A DNA stretch of 64,000 nt from Parcubacteria bacterium C7867-007 (GCA_001189195.1 LFCQ01000002.1:4997-68996); one strand, 5' to 3'; shown: positions 46,984-57,408, counted from the first letter of the stretch. Notes: generated by a model from the letters alone, not told the origin. Made by a program: numbers and translations.

Positions 46984-49254
46984 ATGCGGATCAACTCTCT
47001 GATGCTTCGCTCAATGCTCGTTGCAGTATTCTTTGCAGCAGTAGCGTTGCCAGGACAGCTTGTGCATGCTCAACAGCCAGCCGCAACCACCGCAGCTGCT
47101 GCGGTCGCGTGTCCCCCTGGCGAACTCGACAATTCAAAGGGAGAATGCCGGCCGGAGAAGGAGGTTCTTCTACAGGCCGCAATAGATGAAAAAGCAAAAA
47201 CCTCAAATGAAGCAGCGGAGAGAGCAGTGGATGCAGCGACGGGTGGGGCAGTAACGGCTTTGAAGTGTATTGATGATGTTGGTGACTGTATTCTAAACTC
47301 CTTTGCATTCTTTATCCTTGGTTTCGCAAATTACTTGCTTGGTCTTACTGGCGTGCTCTTGAACTGGGTCGTAGTTAAAACAGTATTCCAGTTCTCAACA
47401 CTTGTAGGTAACTCTCAAGGACTTCTGGTTGCATGGGGAATACTAAGAGACCTTGGAAATCTACTTCTATTGTTCGGGTTCGTATTAATGGGTATCGGTA
47501 CCATTATTGATACTAATAAGTTGCCTGATAAGAGAGCTATCCCGAAACTCATCATATTTGCCATACTCCTAAACTTCAGCTTGTTTGCTGCAGAAGCAGT
47601 TATTGATACATCAAACGTTCTCACTGCAGCGATATATGCACAAACAAATACTGAACCCTGCCAGACAGAAACCTGTGACGTAAATTATGGTCTTTCGGGT
47701 AGACTTCTTGATTCAACCGGGCTTTCTGGAATACAGAATGTTGAACCAGAAGATGTTGGAGAGGGTACGAAGAAGCTCTCGGTGATTATTGGGCTCGCAA
47801 TCTTTTCTATTATTGGCACGATAGTGCTTCTTGCTACCGCAATAATGCTTATGATTAGAGCAATCGTACTAACGGGTCTCATTATTGTTTCCCCTATTGG
47901 TTTTGCAGGAATGGCCATAAAACCTCTTGAGAAGATGGCGCAGAAATGGTGGCACACTCTGATTCATCAATCATTCTTCGCACCCGTACTGTTCATACTC
48001 CTCCTTATTACTCTTAAAGTCACCGAAGGCTTCGCTACAGGGACAGGGAACACCGGGCTCTCCGCAGCACTCACTGCTAACGGCAGCTCGCAAATGGGAA
48101 TCATCATGGTATTCCTCCTTATAACAGGTGGTCTCCTTGCCTCACTTATGGCAGCAAAATCATTCGGGGCCATGGGGGCAGACTATGCAATTAAAACTGC
48201 AGGAGGAATTGTTGGTGGCGCATCATTTGGCACCGCAGGTTTTGTTGGGCGAAGAACTCTTGGTGCAGGGGGTGCCGTTGCAGCACGTAACATAAAACGC
48301 TCAGCATTTGGCGCAACCTTCTTTGGTAAACAGTTTGCAGGTGTTGCAGACCGCGCTGCGAATTCAAGTTTTGATGGTCGTGTAGTGCTTCCTAAGAAGA
48401 TCGGCATTGGCAAGCTTGTAGTTCCTGACCTCGGCAAACCAAACAAGACGGCTGCTAAGGGGTACAACGAGATTGAAAAGAAGGTGGTAGATGCAAAGGT
48501 TAAATACGGAAACTCACTTGAGATGTCCGACGCGGCAAAGGAGCAGGAAAAGAAGCTTACAGAGAAGCGTAAGGCGAACTTTGACGAGTACAAAGAGAAC
48601 CTTGCTTCACTCAACAAAAATCTTACAAATGCGAAGAGCGGTAGGGCTGAAGCTAAATCTAAGTTTGATACTCAAGAAAAAGCACTTGAAGCTCTTGCTG
48701 CAAACGCTGGTCCGGAAAAAGAAAAGATCAACAAACAGATCGCTGAGCTGGTACAACAGCAAAACACACTGCTGGCCCAGGGAAGGGCTCCTGAAGCAAC
48801 TGCTCTCAATAAACAGAGGGACAGCCTTAATGAGCAGCTCAACTCTATAGACAAAGTATCTGAGAACCTCGAGAAGATAAAAGCCGATCACGCTGCTGAG
48901 GATGCCGCTGCGGTCGCCCGCATCAAGATTATTGAAGACGCACAGGTGGCACTGAAGAAGACAGCGAAAGATAAGCAGGATGCGATTGATGCGGAAATTA
49001 AACTCAACAATCCAAAGGGCCGCTATGCAGACAGGCTTGAGAACTCATTCTTCACAAAGTTCAGCACCGTAACCGCTGAAGCTAATAGAAAAGCAGCAAA
49101 GAAGATTGGTGGTGATTTCAAGAAATCAAAGAAAGATAAATCTATAGAGGAGATTAAAAAAGCTATTGAGTCAGGTTCAAAAGATTCAGGCTCCAAGGTT
49201 GATGATCTTGCTGAAGCACTTGCTGAAGACAAAGAGGAGGAAATAACACTGTAG
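46984..49254 (+). CDS. polytopic membrane protein with coiled-coil C-terminus, VirB6/TrbL-like candidate
   Basis: Signal peptide, at least six TM helices, then a roughly 300-aa Lys/Glu-rich coiled-coil; sits where VirB6-like genes occur in Gram-positive-type T4SS loci. Confidence 0.35.
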   Translation: MRINSLMLRSMLVAVFFAAVALPGQLVHAQQPAATTAAAAVACPPGELDNSKGECRPEKEVLLQAAIDEKAKTSNEAAERAVDAATGGAVTALKCIDDVGDCILNSFAFFILGFANYLLGLTGVLLNWVVVKTVFQFSTLVGNSQGLLVAWGILRDLGNLLLLFGFVLMGIGTIIDTNKLPDKRAIPKLIIFAILLNFSLFAAEAVIDTSNVLTAAIYAQTNTEPCQTETCDVNYGLSGRLLDSTGLSGIQNVEPEDVGEGTKKLSVIIGLAIFSIIGTIVLLATAIMLMIRAIVLTGLIIVSPIGFAGMAIKPLEKMAQKWWHTLIHQSFFAPVLFILLLITLKVTEGFATGTGNTGLSAALTANGSSQMGIIMVFLLITGGLLASLMAAKSFGAMGADYAIKTAGGIVGGASFGTAGFVGRRTLGAGGAVAARNIKRSAFGATFFGKQFAGVADRAANSSFDGRVVLPKKIGIGKLVVPDLGKPNKTAAKGYNEIEKKVVDAKVKYGNSLEMSDAAKEQEKKLTEKRKANFDEYKENLASLNKNLTNAKSGRAEAKSKFDTQEKALEALAANAGPEKEKINKQIAELVQQQNTLLAQGRAPEATALNKQRDSLNEQLNSIDKVSENLEKIKADHAAEDAAAVARIKIIEDAQVALKKTAKDKQDAIDAEIKLNNPKGRYADRLENSFFTKFSTVTAEANRKAAKKIGGDFKKSKKDKSIEEIKKAIESGSKDSGSKVDDLAEALAEDKEEEITL

Positions 49255-49295
49255 GGTAGTGGAAATTATTTCAAAGCCGAGCGATACTTATCTTA

Positions 49296-50348
49296 ATGAA
49301 CGAAGAGGAAATCAATACAGACGAGCTTGATCTGAATCAGCAGATTGCGGTGTTGATGAGAGAGCTTCCTAAACCGGTACAAGATTTCCTTAAGAGCCCT
49401 GAGCGCGACGCCGTTTCACTAGAACTAAGCACCAAATACTCTCTACACGCTGATCAGGCTGGTGTATTCTCTCGCGCATACCTATTCATGCTTTTGGGGG
49501 TATACACACCAGATGAATTCATACAGGAACTGCGGGAGGCAGGAATTTCAGAACCATCTATTCAGGGTATAACTGCAGATGTAAACGAACGAGTATTCAA
49601 GCGCCTACAAAATGCTGAGCGCTCATATGTTGCTCCAGTTCCTGTACAGCCAGCACCAGTCACACCAATACAGGTACCTGTACAAACACAAGCAGTTCCT
49701 CCTGCTCCTGTTACACCTCCAGTGGTTCCCATACAACCAGTTCCTGCAGCTCCAGTGGTACCTATATCAATGCCAACTCCATTTGGTCCAGTGCCAAAAA
49801 GTATGCCTTCAGTCCTGCCTCAGGTGACTGCACCTCTCCCGCCACCAGTTCCCATGCCGGTACCACCACCTGAGCCAGTTGTACCTGCGTACGTTGCTCC
49901 AGAAGTGCAACAACAAGCAGTTCGCACCATGGCACATGACATGCAGATGATGAAGGAGGCAGCAGAGCACCCGCACCCCGTTCATCATGAACCCGTACCG
50001 GTTCATGCAAACAGCACTCCTCCTGCAATATCTTGGCAACCAAACTCGCCTGCACGATCATTCCAAACTTCTTCGGTTCCAAATACGTTAGCTGCTCCGA
50101 GCATTCACCCCGCACCCACTGTTCCTGTGCCTCCCATGCCCGCAGCACCTCCTATCCCTTCTGCGCCAGCACCCGTACACCCACTTCCACCCTCAGCAGC
50201 ACCAGTACCACACAATCTTCCAACGCAACCCGCAGCATATCCTTGGCAACAGCAACAGACCGTCACCCCACCAACAATGCCGCAAGCAAATGGAATTCCG
50301 ATCGTTAAAGAATACGGTGTGGATCCATATAGAGAGGTGCCTCAGTAG
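49296..50348 (+). CDS. proline-rich hypothetical protein
   Basis: Extensive PxxP tracts (PVPPPEPVVPAYVAP). Confidence 0.4.
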   Translation: MNEEEINTDELDLNQQIAVLMRELPKPVQDFLKSPERDAVSLELSTKYSLHADQAGVFSRAYLFMLLGVYTPDEFIQELREAGISEPSIQGITADVNERVFKRLQNAERSYVAPVPVQPAPVTPIQVPVQTQAVPPAPVTPPVVPIQPVPAAPVVPISMPTPFGPVPKSMPSVLPQVTAPLPPPVPMPVPPPEPVVPAYVAPEVQQQAVRTMAHDMQMMKEAAEHPHPVHHEPVPVHANSTPPAISWQPNSPARSFQTSSVPNTLAAPSIHPAPTVPVPPMPAAPPIPSAPAPVHPLPPSAAPVPHNLPTQPAAYPWQQQQTVTPPTMPQANGIPIVKEYGVDPYREVPQ

Positions 50349-50369
50349 GGAACTGGTATACTCCTAGTT

Positions 50370-50795
50370 ATGGAGTATCAGGTTCCTCAATTTATTGAAG
50401 TTGAAGATAAGATTTTTGGTCCACTCACCCTCAGACAATTCATATTTGTTGCAGGGGGTATTGGGTTGTGCGTAATACTTTTCATTTATCTTCCTAAGTT
50501 CCTCGCGTTATTGATTGGTCTTCCTGTCGCCGCACTGGCTGCTGCGCTCGCATTCTACAAAGTAAATAACAAAACGTTCTTAGACATGATGGAGGCAGGT
50601 TTTAACTACTACACCAAAGAGCGTTTGTATCTTTGGAAACAGGGTGACAAGAAGTCTGAAACCCCAGCCATCGTGCAGGTTGCTCCACCAACCCAAATAG
50701 AGCGCCAAAAGCTGGGTATTTCAAGCGATCGTTTGAAAGAACTTGCGTGGTCTCTTGATATCAAGGATCACAATAGGACACCAGACGCACCATAA
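50370..50795 (+). CDS. PrgI-family (VirB3-like) T4SS membrane protein
   Basis: YQVPQFIEVEDKIFGPLTLRQFIF followed by two TM helices, immediately upstream of the VirB4 genes. Confidence 0.5.
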   Translation: MEYQVPQFIEVEDKIFGPLTLRQFIFVAGGIGLCVILFIYLPKFLALLIGLPVAALAAALAFYKVNNKTFLDMMEAGFNYYTKERLYLWKQGDKKSETPAIVQVAPPTQIERQKLGISSDRLKELAWSLDIKDHNRTPDAP

Positions 50796-50810
50796 CGCTA
50801 TAGTCTATTT

Positions 50811-51443
50811 ATGCCCGCATCGAAACCAGCTCAAGATTTTGTACCCGTCTCTGAAGTACGCAGTGGGGTAATCATCCTTAAAGAGGGTGGGTATCGTGGT
50901 GTCATGATGTGTTCATCACTCAACTTCGCGCTTAAATCAGAGGATGAGCAGCGAGCAATTATTGGAGGCTTTCAGAACTTCCTTAATACACTTGATTTCA
51001 CGGTGCAGATCGTAGTGCACTCACGCAAGACAGACATTCGTCCGTATTTAAATCTTCTTAATGAACGTCTTGAGCATCAAAATAGTGAATTGATGCGTAT
51101 CCAGTTGAGGGAATACATAAACTTCATACGAACCTTCATTGAAGGCTCTGACATTATGACGAAGACCTTCTATGTGGTGGTGCCTTATTCAACGAGTAGC
51201 GCGGTTGTTTCTGTTAAGGGGGCATTTTCAGGCATAGGAAAGAGTGCAAGCACGGCACCCGCTGCAGATCAGGGGTTTGAAGAAGGGAAGGTACAGCTTG
51301 AACAGCGTATGGCTCTAGTCGCTGGAGGTCTCGCAAGCTCTGGTTTGCGTGCCATACCCCTGGGTACCGAAGAAATCATTGAGCTCCTTTATCGTTCGTT
51401 CAACTTGGGCGAGATGGATAATCCTATTTCATTTACCGCATAA
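50811..51443 (+). CDS. hypothetical protein resembling the VirB4 N-terminal domain (separate ORF, 5 bp before the VirB4 ATPase gene, different frame)
   Basis: SGVIILKEGGYRGVMM...TKTFYVVVPYS matches the CagE/TrbE/VirB4 N-domain pattern. Confidence 0.35.
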   Translation: MPASKPAQDFVPVSEVRSGVIILKEGGYRGVMMCSSLNFALKSEDEQRAIIGGFQNFLNTLDFTVQIVVHSRKTDIRPYLNLLNERLEHQNSELMRIQLREYINFIRTFIEGSDIMTKTFYVVVPYSTSSAVVSVKGAFSGIGKSASTAPAADQGFEEGKVQLEQRMALVAGGLASSGLRAIPLGTEEIIELLYRSFNLGEMDNPISFTA

Positions 51444-51448
51444 ACCGT

Positions 51449-53263
51449 ATGGCACTCCTTGATTTTTTCAATCGCGACAAGAAAGACGAAACTCCGGCAA
51501 TCGCACCGGTACTTCCTAAAGATATCTATGCACAAGGAACTCTTGATCTTGCAGATACCATTGCTCCTGCAGCCCTTAAGGTTGGTTCTCGTGAGCTTGA
51601 GTTGGGGGAGAAGGTTTCTCGTTCCTTCTACACCATCTCATACCCACGCTTCCTGAGTGACAGCTGGTTCACCCCGATCGTTAATCTCGATAAGGTGTTT
51701 GATGTATCAATATTTGTGAGTCCTATTGATACTGCTGATGCCCTTCGAAACTTCCAGAGGAAAGTGGCTGAGGTACAGAGCCAAATCTCAGAGCGAGAAA
51801 CAAAGGGCTTGGTGCGTGACCCAATGCTTGATACTGCATACCAAGACCTTGAAACACTGCGAGATAACCTCCAACAAGCCCAGGAGCATCTCTTTGAGGT
51901 GGGGCTCTATATAACAATGTATGCCTCTACAAAGGAGGAGCTCGATAAGGTTGAGGGTGAGCTACGCGGCATATTGGACTCCAAATTGGTGTACACCAAG
52001 CCAGCACTCTTCCAACAGGAGCAGGGTTTCCGTACCACACTTCCACTAGCACTTGATGAACTGCAGGTTACCAACAAACTTAACTCATCTCCACTCTCCT
52101 CTATATTCCCATTCGTATCATTCGATCTTTCAAGTGATCGAGGCATCCTCTACGGCATTAACCGCCACAATTCTTCTCTAATTCTGTTTGATCGTTTCTC
52201 TCTTGAGAACTACAACTCTGTGGTGTTTGCAAAGTCGGGTTCAGGCAAGTCGTACGCCGTGAAGCTGGAGATCCTTCGTTCGTTGATGTTCGACACTGAT
52301 GTCATTGTTATTGATCCTGAGCGTGAGTATGAATACCTTGCACAAGCAACGGGGGGTCGTATGTTTAATATCTCACTTTCAAGCGAGAACCACATCAATC
52401 CTTTCGATCTTCCTCCTGTTAAAGAAGATGAAAACCCATCAGATATTCTTCGCAGCACCATCATCAATCTGGTTGGTTTGTTCCGTATCATGCTTGGTGG
52501 TCTCACACCTGAAGAAGATGCCATCATTGACCGTGCCATCTCTGAAACGTACGCACTTAAAGACATCACTGGAGATGTAGACTTTACGGGTGTGGAACCT
52601 CCACTCCTTTCAGACTTCGAAAACGTTCTTTCGGGTATGGAGGGCTCTACCTCATTGGTACAGCGTCTTTCTAAATACACACGTGGTACTTGGGCAGGTT
52701 TCCTGAATCAACCAACAAACGTTGATATCAATAACCAATTCATCGTGTTCTCGGTGCGAGATATGGAGGATGAGCTCAAGCCTGTAGCGATGTATATTGT
52801 TACGCACTTTATCTGGAATGCAGTACGCCATGAGCTAAAGAAGCGTCTCCTTATAATCGATGAGGCGTGGTGGATGATGAAATCTGAAGACACAGCATCG
52901 TTCCTCTTCAGTATTGCAAAGCGTGGACGTAAGTACTTCCTAGGTCTTGCAACCATTACACAGGACGTTGAAGACTTCCTTCGCAGTCCTTACGGTCGCC
53001 CCATCCTTACCAACTCTTCGATGCAGTTACTTCTTAAGCAATCTCCAACCACGGTTGATGTACTTCAAGAAACATTCAACCTAACGGACGAAGAGAAATA
53101 TCTCCTTCTCGAGTCAGGGGTGGGGGAGGGTCTCTTCTTCGCAGGCCTCAAACATGCAGCTATAAAGATCGTTGCTTCATACACCGAAGACCAGATCATC
53201 ACTTCAGACCCATCGCAGTTGCTCCAGATACAGCGCGAAAAGGCGCGTCACGATGGTGTGTAA
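51449..53263 (+). CDS. VirB4-family conjugation/T4SS ATPase (Gram-positive type)
   Basis: Walker A AKSGSGKSYAV, Walker B LLIIDEAWWMM, conserved YPRFLSDSWF N-region. Confidence 0.8.
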   Translation: MALLDFFNRDKKDETPAIAPVLPKDIYAQGTLDLADTIAPAALKVGSRELELGEKVSRSFYTISYPRFLSDSWFTPIVNLDKVFDVSIFVSPIDTADALRNFQRKVAEVQSQISERETKGLVRDPMLDTAYQDLETLRDNLQQAQEHLFEVGLYITMYASTKEELDKVEGELRGILDSKLVYTKPALFQQEQGFRTTLPLALDELQVTNKLNSSPLSSIFPFVSFDLSSDRGILYGINRHNSSLILFDRFSLENYNSVVFAKSGSGKSYAVKLEILRSLMFDTDVIVIDPEREYEYLAQATGGRMFNISLSSENHINPFDLPPVKEDENPSDILRSTIINLVGLFRIMLGGLTPEEDAIIDRAISETYALKDITGDVDFTGVEPPLLSDFENVLSGMEGSTSLVQRLSKYTRGTWAGFLNQPTNVDINNQFIVFSVRDMEDELKPVAMYIVTHFIWNAVRHELKKRLLIIDEAWWMMKSEDTASFLFSIAKRGRKYFLGLATITQDVEDFLRSPYGRPILTNSSMQLLLKQSPTTVDVLQETFNLTDEEKYLLLESGVGEGLFFAGLKHAAIKIVASYTEDQIITSDPSQLLQIQREKARHDGV

Positions 53264-53269
53264 CTAAAT

Positions 53270-53641
53270 ATGGCAGCAAAGCCCATTAACGTTGTTGAGC
53301 AGGGGCTAGTGATTGGAGGCGCAGCACTTGCAGATACCATAGGACTCATTCCTGTTGTAGGAAATATCGTTTGGTTTATAGCCTTTTTGTCTTTAAATAT
53401 CTACTTCCTCATTAAACTAGGACCATCGTATCTGGGTGGAAAACGCACCTCCACGAAGATGATCCGCACGATTATAAGCGGTATTATTGGTGCAATTCCT
53501 GTTGTGGGTAACATAGCTCCTGAACTATTAATCCTCACCCTTAGTACTTTTTGGATGAATAACAAAGAGGTTATGGAGGAAGAGGCTGCGAGGCAGGCAG
53601 CAAACGACAACACTCCTTCTAAAATATCCCGTGCTGCGTAA
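53270..53641 (+). CDS. small two-TM membrane protein with internal GxIPVVGNI repeats
   Basis: 123 aa; IGLIPVVGNIVW and IGAIPVVGNIAP repeats. Confidence 0.4.
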   Translation: MAAKPINVVEQGLVIGGAALADTIGLIPVVGNIVWFIAFLSLNIYFLIKLGPSYLGGKRTSTKMIRTIISGIIGAIPVVGNIAPELLILTLSTFWMNNKEVMEEEAARQAANDNTPSKISRAA

Positions 53642-53678
53642 CAGGGTACGCGCACAGACGCGGTATACTGTACGTACT

Positions 53679-54665
53679 ATGAAAGCTGGTTTTGGAGTAC
53701 TGGTGACGCTTCTTATCCTCTCTGTTGGTGTACCCGCACATGCGCAAACACTGTCTCTTGATCAAGACCCACTAACGGTACAGATTAGTCCAAACTTCCC
53801 ACGACCCTTTGAGGCGGTGACGGTTGTGCCGGGTAGTACTATAATCGACCTTTCTGCGAGTACCGTTACCGTATCGGTAAACGGTGTGGTGGTAGAGAAG
53901 GGAAGCGGTAGCGCTCCGGTTCAGATACAGGCAGGTGGGGCAGGTGCACGCACAGTTGTTAAGGTAACCGCAGTACATAACGGTCAAACCTTCACTAAGG
54001 AAATCACCATCCGTCCTGCAGATGTCGCACTGGTTGTTGAACCTTCTTCCGTTTCACATCCCTTCTACAAAGGAGCATCGCTTGTTTCCTCTGAAGGACT
54101 CCTTCGCTTGGTGGCACTTCCAGACCTACGTACTGCTGCTGGTGCACCTATCCCTTCGTCAAACCTTGTATTCACCTGGCGAAACGGGAGCCAGATCCTC
54201 CAAGACTCTTCTGGTATTGGGAAGTCTGTGCTAACCGCAACCGCTCCTGTTCGATACCGCGATACCACCATCCGCGTTACTGTTTCAACACAAGACAATA
54301 GTGTTGTTGCAGAAGCAACCGCATTCATTTCTCCAACCGTTCCTGTTATTCGCATATATCAAAACGATCCATTGCTTGGTCCACTCTTTAATTACGCACT
54401 CCCAAAGAAGATTTCCATGACTGACGAGGAGCAGACCTATCGTGCCGTTCCTTATTATTTCTCAGGTACACCGATTATGAATTGGACCGTGAACGGCAAC
54501 CAAAGCCAGTCTGGGAAAGATATAACCGTTCGTTCAACGGGGGCAGGTAGCGGTACTGCGTTGGTAGGGTTCAACGCCAAACAACCTTCAGCAGGTGTGG
54601 TGGCGGACACCTCTATGAGTGTTTCCTTTGGTGGCGCTAAGCCTCTTGGTATATTTGGTCTATAA
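53679..54665 (+). CDS. secreted hypothetical protein
   Basis: Signal peptide ending AHAQT; Thr/Val-rich beta-type composition. Confidence 0.4.
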   Translation: MKAGFGVLVTLLILSVGVPAHAQTLSLDQDPLTVQISPNFPRPFEAVTVVPGSTIIDLSASTVTVSVNGVVVEKGSGSAPVQIQAGGAGARTVVKVTAVHNGQTFTKEITIRPADVALVVEPSSVSHPFYKGASLVSSEGLLRLVALPDLRTAAGAPIPSSNLVFTWRNGSQILQDSSGIGKSVLTATAPVRYRDTTIRVTVSTQDNSVVAEATAFISPTVPVIRIYQNDPLLGPLFNYALPKKISMTDEEQTYRAVPYYFSGTPIMNWTVNGNQSQSGKDITVRSTGAGSGTALVGFNAKQPSAGVVADTSMSVSFGGAKPLGIFGL

Positions 54666-54667
54666 AT

Positions 54668-55435
54668 ATGAACCGACCCACCCTTACAACCACCTCCACC
54701 TTCTTGCTAAGCACTGTATTGCTTTCAATACCGTTTCTTGTGTTTGCAGACGATAGCTTTGTTCCACTCACCAGCCTTCCTGGTCTAGATAATGTTATTG
54801 GAGAAAGCACGTTGCCTGGATTTATAAACAATCTCTATCGTCTTCTCATTGGTGCTGCGGCTATCGTAGCTGTTGTAGAGATTATTTGGGCAGGCTTCCT
54901 GTTCATGAACAGCAATGACAGTATCTCTGCTAACAAAAAAGCGAAGCAAAAGATTACTAATGCGATCATAGGTCTGGTTCTGGTGCTTTCCCCATACGTC
55001 GTATTTAGTGTGATCAACCCGAAGATCCTTGATGTGAATCTAGACTTTGGACAATTAAAGGGTGGTGACAGTACCGGCGGCGCAGGCAGTACTGAAGATG
55101 TAAATGTTATTTCTATCGATTCAAAGTCGAGCAAAGAAGATGCAGGGGCAGTTTGTAGTAAGGAGGGAGGAAATCCAATATTCAGCTGTAAGCCAGAAAA
55201 AGGAGATGCGTATGTGGTGACCAAAGACCAAGCATGTAAGACAGGTGAAACTACCGTTACAACCTGCACAAAACCTAAGAACACTGATCCAAATGCTTGT
55301 GTAGATACTGGCGCCGCAACCGTCATCGCCCCTAAAGGTGACTCTTCATACTCACGAGACGGGTATATTCAAGTGAAGGATTCGTGCTGCAAAGGCATGA
55401 CTGCAGGAAATGTCTGTTGGCAAAAACCTAAATAA
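54668..55435 (+). CDS. VirB2/TrbC-like pilin candidate with Cys-rich C-terminal extension
   Basis: Signal peptide plus two hydrophobic helices separated by a short basic loop, then a Cys-containing tail. Confidence 0.3.
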   Translation: MNRPTLTTTSTFLLSTVLLSIPFLVFADDSFVPLTSLPGLDNVIGESTLPGFINNLYRLLIGAAAIVAVVEIIWAGFLFMNSNDSISANKKAKQKITNAIIGLVLVLSPYVVFSVINPKILDVNLDFGQLKGGDSTGGAGSTEDVNVISIDSKSSKEDAGAVCSKEGGNPIFSCKPEKGDAYVVTKDQACKTGETTVTTCTKPKNTDPNACVDTGAATVIAPKGDSSYSRDGYIQVKDSCCKGMTAGNVCWQKPK

Positions 55436-55436
55436 C

Positions 55437-56651
55437 ATGACCAGACGCATACTCATCATTGCCGCAGCTATCGTAGTAATCGTGGGTATTGCCCTTGCGG
55501 TGTATTTCTTCTTTTTTGCTCCTAAGTCTGGTGAATTAATTATTGGCGATCCATTTGGTGATACTGGTAGTGGCACCGTAGAGCCTGGATCACTGATAGA
55601 AGGGCAGGGGGCAGGAACCGTCGTTGGTCCTAACTTTGTCCGTATCACAGAAGGTCCTGTATCTGAAGGAGTGGTGGCATTTGGGATAATGATTCCATCT
55701 GAAGCAGGCACGGTAAGCACCACAAGCAGTAGTACTCCTCTCGTGCCTGATGTTGCGGTACGGTTTATAGATCGCGCCAGTGGGAACATATACAGCTATG
55801 TAGCGCATGCACGCACCCTTACACGTATTTCAAATAAAACACTTCCAGGTATCCAGGAAGCATCATGGGTACCAAACGGAACATTAGCGTATGTACGATT
55901 CATCACGAGTGACTCAGCTTCTGGTGAGCACGTGGCAACATACGCGCTTCCAGAGAATGGGGAAGGGGGGTACTTCATTGAACAGGACCTTTCCGAAGCA
56001 CGGGTGGTGGGTTCAACCGGCCTCTTCACCATGATTTCTAACACAGGGGGAAGTGTGGGAACTATCGCAAAGGTAGACGGTACCGGTGCACGCACCCTCT
56101 TCACCTCACTTATCTCTTCTCTAATTGTTCACCCTGCAGGAAACACATACTTCGCACACACCAAAGCTTCAAGTCAGACGGAAGGGTATGGCTTCCAAAT
56201 AATAAATGGCTCGTTTAATCGTATTCTTGGCCCACTTAACGGCCTCTCGCTTCTCCCAAGCCCTTCAGGAAAATCACTTCTCTATAACTATGTAAGTGGT
56301 GGAGTAACACGTCTTGCGGTTATTGATCTTGCAAACCGAAACGCAACAGCACTTCCTTTAAGCACCCTGAGTGAGAAGTGTGTGTGGGCAAGTGAGCTCA
56401 CCGTGTACTGTGGAGTTCCAACAACCCTAAGTGGGTACAAGCTTCCTGAGGACTGGTACCAGGGTGCTGCACCGTTCTCTGACCGTATCTGGCGTATTGA
56501 TATGACCGCACGTGTCGCAACACTTGTGGTGGACCCTACACAGGTCGCAAAGACCTCTATCGATGCCATTGCACTCACCACGGACCCCAAAGAAGACGTT
56601 CTCATCTTCACTGATAAGAAAACTGGTTCGCTCTGGTTATACAATCTATAG
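55437..56651 (+). CDS. TM-anchored hypothetical protein (last gene of the T4SS-like cluster)
   Basis: N-terminal TM helix; Gly/Thr/Ser-rich beta-type ectodomain. Confidence 0.4.
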   Translation: MTRRILIIAAAIVVIVGIALAVYFFFFAPKSGELIIGDPFGDTGSGTVEPGSLIEGQGAGTVVGPNFVRITEGPVSEGVVAFGIMIPSEAGTVSTTSSSTPLVPDVAVRFIDRASGNIYSYVAHARTLTRISNKTLPGIQEASWVPNGTLAYVRFITSDSASGEHVATYALPENGEGGYFIEQDLSEARVVGSTGLFTMISNTGGSVGTIAKVDGTGARTLFTSLISSLIVHPAGNTYFAHTKASSQTEGYGFQIINGSFNRILGPLNGLSLLPSPSGKSLLYNYVSGGVTRLAVIDLANRNATALPLSTLSEKCVWASELTVYCGVPTTLSGYKLPEDWYQGAAPFSDRIWRIDMTARVATLVVDPTQVAKTSIDAIALTTDPKEDVLIFTDKKTGSLWLYNL

Positions 56652-56654
56652 ACG

Positions 56655-56685
56655 AAAGAAGAAAACCGCCTTAGGCGGTTTTCTC
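56655..56685. terminator. bidirectional hairpin aaaaccgcc-tta-ggcggtttt
   Basis: 9-bp stem with flanking A and T runs between convergent genes; overlaps the yidC stop. Confidence 0.5.
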
Positions 56686-57408
56686 TTCTTCTAGCGTTAT
56701 TTGTGGAAGTTTTCGTATCAACAGCTCCTGAGCAAGAGTGAACAAGCTTGTTGTTATGAAGTACAACGCAATTGCTCCTGAAGAGATATAGGCGACACCA
56801 CCAATCAGAATAGGGAGCATGTAGCGCATCTGGATGGCCATGGAGTGGTTAAACCGCTCTGATGTGGTTGGTTCTGTACTAAGCTTGGGAATCGGCATTG
56901 CATACTTTGCCTGAAGAAACTGCGTCACTGCAGCCACAATAGCGAGAATTACGTTGTGACTTGTAAGAGTGAAGAACCCAAGGAACAGGAAGGACACCGT
57001 CTCTGGAACCGGTACAAATGAATACAAGATACTAGTATCAACACCATTGAGTTCACGTACGAATACGAGATACAGCGCGATAACCACAGGAAGCTGAATG
57101 AGAATCGCAAGAATGCTTGAGAACGGGTTGATCTTGTACTTCTTGTAGAGTGCAAACACTTCTTTTGCCTGCGTTTCCTTATCATCCTTATATTTCTCCT
57201 GAAGTGCCTTGAATTTAGGCTGTATCACCTGCATGGCACGAGAGGTGCGCAGCGCAGAGACGGTAAGGGGAAGGATAATAAGCTTCACAATGATCGTTAC
57301 GATGATCACCGCGAGACCAATATCACCCCCGGGAAGCACATCTACCAGTGCGATAAGAAGGTTATATATAGGAACAAACAAGAACGTATTAAATAGGTCG
57401 CCGATCAT
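56671..57408 (-). CDS. yidC: membrane protein insertase YidC (short Gram-positive type)
   Basis: Five TM helices; conserved PLTVSALRTSRAMQVIQPK... Confidence 0.85.
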   Translation of the reverse strand: MIGDLFNTFLFVPIYNLLIALVDVLPGGDIGLAVIIVTIIVKLIILPLTVSALRTSRAMQVIQPKFKALQEKYKDDKETQAKEVFALYKKYKINPFSSILAILIQLPVVIALYLVFVRELNGVDTSILYSFVPVPETVSFLFLGFFTLTSHNVILAIVAAVTQFLQAKYAMPIPKLSTEPTTSERFNHSMAIQMRYMLPILIGGVAYISSGAIALYFITTSLFTLAQELLIRKLPQITLEEEKTA

